63,794 bases of DNA, filler included, from Octopus bimaculoides (GCF_001194135.2; 5 parts of 5 records of this genome joined end to end with filler, not necessarily neighbours in it); one strand, 5' to 3'; positions 40,341 to 51,960 are shown, numbered from the whole stretch's first letter. Translations and numbers: made by a program. The notes: generated by a model not told the origin, from the letters alone.

Positions 40341-43300
40341 GAAAGAATATGTATGCATGTATACCCACATATATGTACATACTTACATCTACATGTGTAT
40401 ATAGATGCATATCAGGGTACAGGACGTTAGAAAAATGAACTACAGACAACGGAACGAACACATAGGAAAACAGATAGCCACTTAGAATTATTCCTTCGTC
40501 AGCTGCCTCTATTCTAACTAGACGTTTCGTGGCACTCCTTCGGTTACGACGTCGAGGGCTCCAGTTGATCCTACCAACGAAACAATCTGCTCGTAAAATT
40601 AACGTACAAGTGGCTGAGCATTCCACAGACACATGTACCCTTAACGTAGTTCTCGGGGAGATTCAGCGTGACACAGAATATGACAAGGCTGGCCCTTTGA
40701 AATACAGGTACAACAGAAACAGAAGAAAGAGTACCTAGGCGAAAGAGTACAATAGGGTTCGCCACCAATCTCTGCTGGAACCTTGTGGAGCTTAAGGTGT
40801 TTTCACTCAATAAACACGACGCCGGTCTGGGAATCGAAGCCGCGATCCTACGATTGCGAGTCCGCTGCCCTAACCACTGGGCCATTGCGCCTCCGCACAC
40901 ACACACACATACACACACACACACACACACNNNNNNNNNNNNNNNNNNNNNNNNNNNNNNNNNNNNNNNNNNNNNNNNNNNNNNNNNNNNNNNNNNNNNN
41001 NNNNNNNNNNNNNNNNNNNNNNNNNNNNNNNNNNNNNNNNNNNNNNNNNNNNNNNNNNNNNNNNNNNNNNNATATATATATATATATATATATATATACA
41101 TGTGTATGTGTGTGTGTGTGTGTCTGTATGCACGCATGCATGTGTGTATATATGCGTGTGTCTTTGCCCATTCTCCAGCATTTGTTAACCAGTTTTGGTT
41201 TACGTCTCCGTAACCTACCAGATTGGCAAAAGATATATCTTTTATCGCTTACTTGTATCAGCCACTGGACTGCGTGTCTGTCAGTCTGTCTGCATGTATG
41301 TATGTATGTATGTATGTATGTATGTATGTAGGGCATATTTTTTGTCCTATGTATCAGCCTCTTTTTTTTTTTATCAATTTCCAGCTCTGTGCTATTGTGA
41401 TGCCAGCAACAATTTCTGGATGTTCTGGGGTGAGTCAAACTTTTTATTAATACTAAACTGTAGCTTTCCTGGGGGCATATAACAAAGCGTTAGCTGTTAC
41501 AAACAGTGGGCTAAGGTAACACTCTTCATTTACATTTCTAGAACTCTGCTGAGGATTCGGGTAGTTCAAAGCAATACTGTTTTCTGTAGATGGTCTATAT
41601 TCACATTACTCCTATCTTATTATTCCATTTAATTTTTATATGACCTAAAGACCGAACAACAATAAGTATAACACTTACCACTTCAAGTCTTCATATATGA
41701 TCAGCTCCTCTTCTCTTCCCGATACTATCATCATCAGGCCATGCAACATCTGTGATTCAGTAGTTTTTATCTTTTACATTCACGAACACTATATCCAGCT
41801 TTCAATGTTCAATTTCATGATCACTTTGGTTTGTTCTACTTTTTCAGGTAAAGATCCACGCAGAAGATGTCCCCTTGCTTGCTATGGAAGATGCTGTCGG
41901 CCTAGAAAAAGCGGTCTATAATTCCCTTAGAAGTATTGTTGATATCAGTATGGACCCACAGGTGAACTATATGAACTGTATATGTATATTACGCGCGCGC
42001 GCGCGCATGCACACACACATACACCACTACCACCAGAATATCACTTTTTGTTAAATATTGTACCCTAAACATATCTCTTTCTCTTTGCCTTCCCTTCCTC
42101 ACCCCAGAGAACATCAGTAACACTTCTCTTTCCTTCTTTAAANNNNNNNNNNTTGTACCCTAAACATATCTCTTTCTCTTTGCCTTCCCTTCCTCACCCC
42201 AGAGAACATCAGTAACACTTCTCTTTCCTTCTTTAAATATTGTATCCTAAACATATCTCTTTCTCTTTGCCTTTCCCTCCTTACCCTACAGGACATCGTT
42301 TCCCTCTTTTCTCTCACCGTCTTTTTCTCTCGCTCTTTGTCTCCTCTCCCTTCAACTAACCACATGATGCATTTGGCCTCAGTGTTATTATACTCCTCTC
42401 TTTTTTCTTCTCTACTCACATTCCTCTCACTCTCACTTTTACTCCACCTCTCACTCAATCCACTGCCACCTCCCTAGCTTAGGCATAACGGGTGAACGGA
42501 CAAGCAGATTTTTGTACTACACATATAAACACACACACACACATGCGCGCGTGCACACACACATGTATATATATATANNNNNNNNNNNNNNNNNNNNNNN
42601 NNNNNNNNNNNNNNNNNNNNNNNNNNNNNNNNNNNNNNNNNNNNNNNNNNNNNNNNNNNNNNNNNNNNNNNNNNNNNNNNNNNNNNNNNNNNNNNNNNNN
42701 NNNNNNNNNNNNNNNNNNNNNNNNNNNNNNNNNNNNNNNNNNNNNNNNNNNNNNNNNNNNNNNNNNNNNNNNNNNNNNNNNNNNNNNNNNNNNNNNNNNN
42801 NNNNNNNNNNNNNNNNNNNNNNNNNNNNNNNNNNNNNNNNNNNNNNNNNNNNNNNNNNNNNNNNNNNNNNNNNNNNNNNNNNNNNNNNNNNNNNNNNNNN
42901 NNNNNNNNNNNNNNNNNNNNNNNNNNNNNNNNNNNNNNNNNNNNNNNNNNNNNNNNNNNNNNNNNNNNNNNNNNNNNNNNNNNNNNNNNNNNNNNNNNNN
43001 NNNNNNNNNNNNNNNNNNNNNNNNNNNNNNNNNNNNNNNNNNNNNNNNNNNNNNNNNNNNNNNNNNNNNNNNNNNNNNNNNNNNNNNNNNNNNNNNNNNN
43101 NNNNNNNNNNNNNNNNNNNNNNNNNNNNNNNNNNNNNNNNNNNNAAAGAAGAGTGTAAAAATACATTACGAAGGATATATCGTAAACAATTCAAAATTAT
43201 TTACAAGTATATCATTGGCCAGAACATGCAATCAAAGAAATTTTTCATAAAAGAAATGTGTATAACTGAATAAATCACAATTATAACGGAGATGAAAAAT

Positions 43301-44069
43301 GGATGAAAAATGGATTGTGTACGAAAACGTAGTGCGAAAAAGATCCTGGAGTTTGCGTAAGGATCCCCCAAAACAGCATACCAAAAAAGCTATGCTTTGT
43401 GTTTGGTGGGATCATAAAGGCATTATTTAATATAAGCTTCTTCCACAAAAGCAAACCATTAATTCTGATGTGTACTGAGATTGCCAACAGGAAAGGAGTA
43501 GTGTTCCAACGAGACAATGCCCGACCACACGTGTCTTTGGCTACGCGAACAAAGTTACATGAACTTGGCTGGGGTCTCTTATCCCATTCACCATATTCTC
43601 CTGAAACTGCATCATCCGACTACCACTTGTTTTTATCACAACAGAACTCATTGCAAGGAAAAACATTTAACCATTTAGATGGAGTCAAAACCAATCAAAT
43701 TTTATGCTGGTGGAATAATTAAATTGGGCAAAAGTCATTAATAATAATGGAAATTATTTCATTGAATAATATTTATTGAAAGGTCAATTATTTATATCCC
43801 TTTTTGCATATTAAAATACGCCCGGAACTTCCCGGACAACCTAATACTATACGATTTTTCTTTTTTACAATGTTTTCTCTTTTTTTATTTTGTTTCAGTT
43901 GCAACATTTCCTTGAACACGAATATTTGGATGAACAAGTGGAATCCATCAAGCAGCTGTCAGACTACGTTACCCAACTTTCAAGGTTCAATCAATCCTAC
44001 GTTGGACATTATATGATGGATAATCGTTTCTTGAGTGAGAGTAGTTCAAACATTCACGGCAAACATTAA
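26727..44069 (+). CDS. Secreted (yolk-type-like) ferritin, 6 coding exons: 26727-26802, 32409-32485, 37347-37493, 39433-39468, 41848-41961, 43899-44069; ~206 aa
   Basis: Manual splicing gives one open frame: [206 protein letters not shown]. Intron phases are compatible (1,0,0,0,0). It aligns by eye to ferritin helices A-E, and three introns fall at the positions known from vertebrate H-ferritin genes. Confidence 0.9.
26897..27179. mobile_element. hAT-type MITE with 8-bp TSD
   Basis: TIRs CAGTGGTTTTCAAA / TTTGAAAACCCCTG; exact GTCTAGTA duplication at 26889-26896 and 27180-27187. Confidence 0.92.
27962..29225 (+). mobile_element. R4/Dong-clade non-LTR retrotransposon RT fragment
   Basis: [71 protein letters not shown]; frameshifted. 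Confidence 0.9.
30447..31406 (+). mobile_element. Decayed mariner transposase
   Basis: [32 protein letters not shown] (WVPHEL-like), [22 protein letters not shown] and [10 protein letters not shown] (YSPDL-like) motifs, with frameshifts. Confidence 0.9.
32409..32485 (+). CDS. Ferritin exon 2 (helix A)
   Basis: ttgttatag|TA ACC...CAG GCA TAT|gtaagt; [19 protein letters not shown] aligns with AINRQINLELYASYVYLSM (E27, Y34 kept). Confidence 0.88.
33896..34200 (+). mobile_element. Penelope-like element, uninterrupted GIY-YIG endonuclease domain
   Basis: [44 protein letters not shown]...VSRHF...[20 protein letters not shown]. The 5' part is in a gap. Confidence 0.9.
35190..35445 (+). mobile_element. 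Penelope terminal repeat downstream of the 33896 GIY-YIG domain
   Basis: Same family as 22040-22270, co-oriented and 3' of the endonuclease across a CT-rich tract and a gap. Confidence 0.6.
35535..36455 (+). mobile_element. RTE-clade LINE 3' fragment
   Basis: [45 protein letters not shown]; followed by a (TCTA)n tail. Confidence 0.9.
36616..36651 (-). ncRNA. Minimal type-I hammerhead-like ribozyme, variant core
   Basis: CTTT-CTGTTGA-A-GAGT gtag GCTT-GAAA-CG-TA-AAAG: 4-bp stem I and a GUA triplet. Confidence 0.58.
37347..37493 (+). CDS. Ferritin exon 3 (helix B)
   Basis: tttcag|GGC CAT...; [39 protein letters not shown] contains the EExEH ferroxidase motif; ends at CAG|GCAAGT. Confidence 0.93.
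37712..37903 (-). mobile_element. CRE-like non-LTR REL endonuclease C-terminus relic, in ferritin intron 3
   Basis: [18 protein letters not shown]...[19 protein letters not shown] resembles the F.P.AVE..G...ESEWLFQRLS..IQRGN motif. Confidence 0.6.
39433..39468 (+). CDS. Ferritin exon 4, 36-nt micro-exon ([12 protein letters not shown])
   Basis: Long polypyrimidine tract ttttttccctctctcaacag, donor TGT|gtaagc, phase 0/0, no stop. No homology support. Confidence 0.65.
40528..40893 (-). mobile_element. tRNA-derived SINE family A, in ferritin intron 4
   Basis: Highly similar to 12690-13078. Confidence 0.88.
41848..41961 (+). CDS. Ferritin exon 5 (helix C)
   Basis: ttttcag|GTA AAG...CCA CAG|gtgaac; [16 protein letters not shown]...DPQ aligns with AMECALHLEKNVNQSL...DPH. 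Confidence 0.92.
43200..43846 (+). mobile_element. Mariner 3' half with terminal inverted repeat, in ferritin intron 5
   Basis: [33 protein letters not shown]; ends cggaacttcccggacaacctaaTA. Confidence 0.9.
43899..44069 (+). CDS. Ferritin exon 6 (helices D/E, stop)
   Basis: tgtttcag|TTG CAA CAT TTC CTT GAA...; [27 protein letters not shown] aligns with [27 protein letters not shown]; TAA at 44067-44069. Confidence 0.93.
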   Translation: MQHFLEHEYLDEQVESIKQLSDYVTQLSRFNQSYVGHYMMDNRFLSESSSNIHGKH

Positions 44070-44119
44070 ATTAATTAGCCTAATTTTATATTTTAATACT
44101 TCGTTGTTCTGAAATGATA

Positions 44120-44125
44120 AATAAA
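44120..44125 (+). terminator. Candidate polyadenylation signal of the ferritin gene
   Basis: AATAAA 50 nt downstream of the stop codon. Confidence 0.55.
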
Positions 44126-44819
44126 GGCAACGAATATTCTCTTTAACGAAAGCGAGTGCGATAGTATTCACCTCTTTCCCCCCTAAACGCTTTCACCATT
44201 ATCCAATCAGTATGCAATAGAGATGAAATCTTTTATGTTGTTTTTGATTATTTTATAGTATAATGTTGTGACATCGTATTATATTCATTATATTTTAGCC
44301 TATATCTTATTCTATATAACAAAATATATTATTCTAAATTCATTATGTTATAATCATTTCGAAGGCGATGAGCGGGCAAAAATCGCTAGCACGTCGAACA
44401 AAATACATATCGGTATTTCTTCCGGCACCTTATGTTCTGAGTTCAAATTCCGTCGAGGTCGACATTGATTTCATCCTTTTGCGGGGGAGGGGCGATAAAA
44501 TAAGTTTCATGTTGAGTATTGGAGGTAAATGCAATCAACTTCCTCTTCCCTCAAAATTGCTGGTCTTGGGCCAAAATTAGAAAGAATTATAACAGTTTCG
44601 GAATTTTTAAAAACCGAAATCAACTTTTTATGAATATAATGCTTATCTAACGGCTTAATCCCACTCCAGAAAAAGTATAATGCCATCAAAATACAAAAGC
44701 TTATCTAAAAGATTATAAACTCCTTTCCAACACACACACACATTTAGCATCACCTTTAGTTCCCACTTAGATGATGGTTGATTTCCAATCAGCATTAGGC
44801 GTCTTATTCCTGGGAGTGA

Positions 44820-45060
44820 TGTTCGTCTTCATGTTTTTGAAGATGACCCGATTAGCAGCTTCACTCTTTGTTGATCTCCAGGGGACTTATCAAGCTAAAC
44901 GTGCCATAAAATCCACGGTCACAATGAGGGCATGTAATAGCAGAATCGGGACCAGCAGGACTCCTACTTTTTAGGCAACCCTCCTCTCTTCTGTTTCTCT
45001 GAGCATTTCTGATTCTGAGTGCTGTGTTCCAGAGGACGCAGCACATCGTCACAGTGAGCA
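44820..45060 (-). mobile_element. RTE-like LINE C-terminal zinc-finger relic
   Basis: AITCPHCDRGFYGTFSLIS resembles the terminal C2H2-like motif of RTE ORFs. Confidence 0.55.
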
Positions 45061-45159
45061 ATCTTGTTCAAGTAACCAGTTCTAAGTTACGCTTTCTCAA
45101 GGTTTCGAGTGTCCTAATCCCGGAAGCATAAATGTCAAAACGTCCGAGATGTGTTAATG

Positions 45160-45440
45160 TTTGCTTTTATCTTTTATTTGTTTCAGTCATTTGACTGTGG
45201 TCATGATGTGGCACCACCTTGAAGAATTTCAGTCGAATGAATCGACCCCAATTCTTATTTTTTTAAATACTGGTACTTATTCTATCGGTGTCTTTTCCCA
45301 AACCGCTCAGTTACGGGGATGTAAATACCTCAACATCGGTTATCAAGCGATGTGTTAGCTTTTCGACCATCGGTTAGCAAGCGATGTTGGGGGNNNNNNN
45401 NNNNNNNNNNNNNNNNNNNNNNNNNNNNNNNNNNNNNNNN

Positions 45441-45480
<40 letters not shown>

Positions 45481-45645
45481 AGCACTCACGCGACTGACTT
45501 TTTTAAGTTTTTATTTATCAAATCCACTCACAAGGCGTAGGTCGGCCCGATGCTTCAGCAGAAGATTCTTCCCTGAGGTGCCACATAGTGGGACTGAACC
45601 CAGAACCATGTGATTGGGAAGGAAGCTATTTATCACACAGCCACG
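45160..45645 (-). mobile_element. tRNA-derived SINE family C with internal microsatellite
   Basis: Minus-strand head GTGGCTGTGTG...GGTTCAGTCCCACT plus GGCACCT..G box. Other pieces lie at 2520-2640, 2770-2853, 4250-4440, 29605-29727, 30065-30270 and 38050-38345. Confidence 0.82.
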
Positions 45646-47039
45646 CCTGCGCCTATAAACAAACACCGCTAAGCATTTTGTCCGATGCTATACAATTCTT
45701 TAAAGATGAACGGTCCAGCAATATTCACTTCTAACATATATTTCGATGTGTTAGCTTTTCGAGCATCGTATGAGTATAGTTTAAACAAATGAATAAGACA
45801 CCTGAAGATCATCTGCAATCAAACCGAACGAAGTGTAGTGTAGATGTATGTAAATATGAAAAAAATGGAAATCTTAAATCTAATGGAAGCAGGTTGTTAA
45901 CCTTAGTTTAGAAGTAAAAATACCTACTTCGAATTGAACCTTTGACAATGTACTTAGCCATGAAATAAGATGCTTGAATCCGATTGGAGATCAAGCCAAT
46001 GGAAAGGTAGTGTAGTTATGTAAATATTGAAATCACGTAGACAAAAGCCTTAGAAATAAGGGTTCCTGCTTCGAAATGCGTCTAGGATATGTATTCATGC
46101 AAGAAAAAGACACCTGAAGCTTACTAGAGATCAGAAAGATGGAAGAGTTGAGTGGGCGTAAATATCTTAAGATTGAAGTGTAGTGTAATAGTTTGTAGCA
46201 TTATAATCCATTTATCATAAAAGTTATTTTAATAACTTTTTATTTCGCTTTTGTATTTGGTTTGCAAGATTCTTGATGTGAACTCGTGTGTTGAAGCAGA
46301 TTTGTTTTTGTAACTTGAGAGATCATTATGCCAATAATAAACACACGCGCTAATTATATTTCACTTCTTTATCGTTCGTCAATTGGTTAGATATTTAACC
46401 AACAAGGAAATGGATTGTTTGAATAATTATTATTCGGCTAAGCAATTAACCAGTTATGTTTACCAAAATCCTTTCATTGTCACCTGTGATCCCTTCAGTG
46501 ACATGCTCTGTCTGCTCTAGGTCAGCTTGATTGATTAACTGAATAATTGATCAAACACTACATTGCTTAGTTGGTTAAATAGCTAGCCAATTGACGAATA
46601 ATAAAGAAGTGAAGTTGAAACCAGTGCGTATGCTTATTGGTATAACGACCCTCCTAAGATATAACTTTACTGTTTCGAAAGTGAGGAATTTTTGCCTAGT
46701 TAAAATCAATTGTAATTAATCAACTGAAATCAAAATTTCAGTTGACATTCAACTAATTGTTTAGTTTACTTTTATAATTTTTCTTTGTCTTTTTTATCTT
46801 AAGTTTACCGGGATATTTGGAAATGAATTAACATCGCAACAACTCATTTTATATTTCTTGAAAATGCGAAAATTTTCTGCTTATGTAATAATAAAACAGC
46901 TTTATATCAAATAAAATTTTACGTCTCTTTTTTTCTTCTCTCTCTCTCTCCCTCTCACTCACTCTACTCCACACACTCTACTATACTCCACTTCATTCAT
47001 GCCGTTTCACTCAATCCAGTTACTCCGGATGCAGATGGC

Positions 47040-47150
47040 AATTTTAAGCCAGTTGGAGCTATGAACATCGACAAATGTAGGTAGGCAGACGACACTGCCT
47101 TTTTAACTGTCCAGAAAGATGATCAGCTAAATCTTGTATCTACAGTAAAA
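47040..47150 (+). mobile_element. Small RT relic (RTE-like)
   Basis: NIDKCR*ADDTAFL resembles NINNLRYADDT with the Tyr codon mutated to stop. Confidence 0.4.
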
Positions 47151-50100
47151 CAACACTTTATTTCATTTTATTTGCCATAAAGGCAGTACACAGAGAGTAG
47201 CTACGGGCTGGACAAAGACATTAATGAGATGAGATGAATGGTGATTAATATGGTATTAATGGGAGAAGACAGGAGCCGCCCGCCGAACTCTGCTTCTCTA
47301 AATCAATGTTCATTTATAAATTTACACATAAATTTACAATTTGAGGCTATAAACCTCTTACTTTACAGTTTCAATTTCAACTGTCTTTGAAATGAGGCAC
47401 TTGCCTCTTCTACTTTTCTTTTCTTGGGCCACAAGCCCTTTCAATATGAGGCACTCGTCCTCTTACATTTTACCGCCCGACCAGACTCCGTGCTTCACTT
47501 AAGCACCTCGCTGGTTCTTCATCGGGCAACTTTAGCAAAAAGCGGAAAGTGTCTTTACTTACTGACCAAAAACAAAAAACAAAATTAAATTGTTACACAG
47601 TATAATCCATTGGTTTGTCTTTTATTATTACGTCATACTGAAAGATCTACACCATTTTGGATATTTTTGGATTTGCGGATTACCAAACGCCAGTAAACTT
47701 CCTTTCTTTGATGAACGCTTCACAAATGGAACGGATTGTGTCATACTGTCTAGCCATCAGGTGTGGTGTATTACATGTTAATATGTCTCGGTCTTTAAGT
47801 AGATCCCTTTCAATCAAACAATGACTGAATGAATGATTGAACCAATCAATCAGTATGTGTGTGTGTGTGTATGTGTGCGTATGTGTGTGTGTGAGTGTGT
47901 GTGTACATGCATGCACACATGCCTAGATATAAGCAGATGATAGTGGGACATATATGTATGACATAAATGTTTATTTATATGTGTTTCTCACTAAACGTTT
48001 TGTATCTTTTGATTTTCATTGTTTCGGAATTGTCCTACACTGAGATTCTATTTCTTGAATGGGTTAAACTTGTATAGGGTGTTTATAAAGTTAATGGAGG
48101 CTTTGTTTCATATATCATCATCGTCAGCAGTAGCAGCAACAACAGCAGAAGCATTTAACGTCTGCGTTCCATGCTGAGAAGAGTTGACAGGATCCGATGA
48201 TCCAAATGGATTGCATCATACTCCAGTTTCTACTTTGCTATGTTCTCTACAGCTCGATACNNNNNNNNNNNNNNNNNNNNNNNNNNNNNNNNNNNNNNNN
48301 NNNNNNNNNNNNNNNNNNNNNNNNNNNNNNNNNNNNNNNNNNNNNNNNNNNNNNNNNNNNNNNNNNNNNNNNNNNNNNNNNNNNNNNNNNNNNNNNNNNN
48401 NNNNNNNNNNNNNNNNNNNNNNNNNNNNNNNNNNNNNNNNNNNNNNNNNNNNNNNNNNNNNNNNNNNNNNNNNNNNNNNNNNNNNNNNNNNNNNNNNNNN
48501 NNNNNNNNNNNNNNNNNNNNNNNNATGATAGACGTATGAGAGAAGAGAGAAGAAATAGTTCCTCTTGTAGAGTAGGATAAAAAGAGAGATAAAAGCTAAC
48601 AAAACATAATAAAATGAAGACAAAAGCAAGAGTACGTTTTTTTTGTTGTCTTTTTATTAAAAACTTTTATTGTTGTTCTACAAATTTTACACACCGTCGA
48701 CAAGCGTTGGGTCTTCCTTGTTGCTTTAGAAAAAAAAACAATGAATTTATTTGGTTTAAATAGTATAGTAAAATCGTTTCCTTTTGATGGTATACATTTC
48801 TTTTGCATGCGTTTGCTTAGATCCTTTTGTTTTAGGGGACGAGTAAAGCTGGGATAGAGTTTCTGAGTATATGGTTATGAAGCATAATTGCTGTTTATTG
48901 CGGTATGAAAGTGTTAGGAAGATGGGAGACAGGGTCAGGTGTGCGAGATCTAGTGATTAGAATCAAACATCACATCATATTATATACATACATGTATACA
49001 TACATACATACAAACATATACACATACACGCATGTATATTTCTATGTATGTATATATTTGTTTATGAAGATATACATAATTATAAGCATACGTATGAGCA
49101 TATTTATAAATATATACACAGATATACATACATACATATATATGTATATAAGTTTTATTATAATANNNNNNNNNNNNNNNNNNNNNNNNNNNNNNNNNNN
49201 NNNNNNNNNTTAATTAATTAANNNNNNNNNNNNNNNNNNNNNNNNNNNNNNNNNNNNNNNNNNNNTGCACGCGCGTAACAAATGCACGCGTGCAAATATA
49301 AATAGGTACACATGTACGTTTCTTTCTTTAAGAACGCCTACGATTGTGTGTGTGTGTGTGACTGTGTGACTGTGTGTATGTGTGTGTGTGTGCGTGTGTA
49401 TGTGCGTGTGTGTGTTTTTATATGGAATTGCTACTCTTCTTTGTCAACGGAAAACTCGAAGTAAACAACTGTAAACCCCAGTTGTTTCACTTGATATTAC
49501 AACTTCTTGAAGTTGGCATGTTTGTCTGTCTGTCTCTCCCTCCTCTTTCTCCCTCTCTCTCTCTACATACACACATACATACATGCATACATACATANNN
49601 NNNNNNNNNNNNNNNNNNNNNNNNNNNNNNNNNNNNNNNNNNNNNNNNNNNNNNNNNNNNNNNNNNNNNNNNNNNNNNNNNNNNNNNNNNNNNNNNNGTC
49701 ACTTTTCAGTATACATGTTCAGTCACCTTTCAACCTTTGGGGGACGATAAATTAAGTACCAGTTGCGTACTGGGATCGATTTAATTGACTGGCTCCCTCC
49801 CCAAAAATTTCGGGCCTTGTGCCTAGAGTAGAAAAGAATATACATATTCAGTGATTTTATGCCTCTCTAATAGTTAGCTTTGAAATAAAGCTGGAGTCAG
49901 CCTTGTGCTCTCTTACCTGCTATCAACCCCTATTACAGCAGATCATTCGAGATACTTCAGTCTGACATGCGAAGACATTGTTGTTGGAGTAGTTTAAGGA
50001 AAATGGATGCTTGAGTGCAGGTCAGAATCTTATAGTCGGCCACTTGAATGGTTTACTTGATTTCCAAATGGAAGGCGTTGAGACACCGTTCTTGCTCGAA

Positions 50101-50619
50101 GCGGCGGCTTCAGGTGTCGCTGTTGTCAGGCAAATTCTGGCTTTATTTCTTTCACATTACCTGAAATATTTGATTAGGCGTAGTATACCAAATTATCTCC
50201 AACATTCATTAATTTCACGTTTCAGTAATCAAGCGATTATGTATAAAACAAATATCTACGGGTTTTCAGTTGTAGTATAAACAAGGTGAAACTTCATGTG
50301 ATTGTCCAGCGCCAGAAAGGAGATTATAATGCCACAGTTTGTTTTGGTACTCTAGATGCGAGCGAGTACCGATTCGTCACAGGAAACTGAACACTTTGAA
50401 AAGAGATCGATAAAGGAATAATTTCAGAAAGTTATGCGATAAACAACAGTAACAATTTTAGAATGAGATTTGATTTTTATGGTATTAGGGAAATGATTAA
50501 AAGTATGTTAAATAATTTTGTCTCGCGGTTGGTCACATGTCCTACCCCTGGGTAACTCTATCGTTCTTGCCTATGTACGTACGTACGTAGTACGTATGTA
50601 TGTATGTGTCTATATATGT

Positions 50620-51960
50620 ATATGTCATTATTCAGTTTATTTCAAAATTTCTTCCCAATAGAGAAAGAACTGGTTTCTAACCTAGATCCAAGGCTCCTTC
50701 ATTGGAATTTCAATATCAACAACAGGGTATTTTTGATTGTATGTATGTATGTGCAGATTTGTATGTTTTATGTATGTATTCTCATGCATATAGTTGTATA
50801 TCTAGACATGCTCATATGTATTTAAATGATAAACTTCTGGAAAGTTTTACAGGTTTTTACAGTTCCAGTGATGGATTGGATCTGTTGTCTTCGAATTAGC
50901 CTTCTCCTTTCTGGTTTTGAGAAGCCTAATTTCTCAAGATTGGTATTCAGACAGTGTGTTACATATTCCAGGTAATTACAGGTATAATTACAGGTATAAT
51001 TACAGGTATAAATCAATAATTACAGGTATAAATCTGAACTTGTAATCTGGATAGAGTAACTGCAGATTTCTCATTAGTTCAGCATATGTGTTCTCTTTTT
51101 CACTGATCTTCAGCTTTATGTTAACATCTGCTGGGCAGCTAACTTCCACAACTGTGCGCAGTTTCCCTTCTTATTGAGGTCTTCACTGGTATATTCCACC
51201 AGTATTCCTTTTTATTATGAGTAGCTATGGCTTCTACTATATTGTAGGTTCTTATTTCTTTGTTCTTGGGATTATCCTTCCGATAGATTTCATTACAGAG
51301 TGTCTTAGCTACAACATCATGTCTCATCGGTAGATAATACCGTGATGACATTTTCGGACAACTGCTTATGATGCGGGTGATATCTTCAGTGTGAACTCCA
51401 CAAAGTCTGCATCGGTTATCACATTTTACTGTTTTTCCTGCATCTCTATCCCTTTTGAGCATGAGGTACTTGGTTGATATTTCCTGTTTCTGGATTGCAA
51501 ACTCATACCCTTCAAAGTGGGAGGTAGTAATCCGGCTATTCGTCCATGATAAACTGCTTTGATAATCGATGTTACTATCACCACGGCACTTTTTCTAACA
51601 TATCCATGCATAGTCTTCTGCTCATATAGACTCATCCTTTCATCTGATGATATGTCGTGGTAGAGTCTTGAGACTTCTTTGGGCATGTATTCTTGGTTAT
51701 CAGACAAAGAGTGTTGCTCAAGGAACTGCCTTCCAAGTCTTATGATGTTATCAGACTAACGTATACAAACTTGGTCACGGGATGCACTTCGACACTTGGT
51801 GGTTAAAAGATGTTGCTGAAGAGACATGATGCGACATTCAAAGGCATTTTGGATTGATGTTAAGCCTCTGCCGTCTTGTTTTCGTTTTAGGTTGAGGTGG
51901 TCTCCGTCATTGTTTATGGGTAAATTATGTGTGCTTGTTAGTACTTTTGGGGTTTTCACA
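50620..51960 (-). mobile_element. R4/Dong-clade LINE 3' portion (CCHC knuckle, REL endonuclease, 3' UTR)
   Basis: LKRKQDGRGL, CRLCGVHTEDITRIISSCPKMS...RHDVVAK, VEVSCPADVNI...KENTYAEL, TGTVKTCKTFQKF*. Confidence 0.88.

Noticed and set aside
47021-47080. Exon-like TPDADGNFKPVGAMNIDK
   Set aside because: It runs directly into a YADD-type RT relic, so it is better explained as LINE debris.
50963-51035. 12-bp tandem (AATTACAGGTAT) repeats
   Set aside because: Local slippage duplication inside the dead Dong endonuclease region; no function implied.
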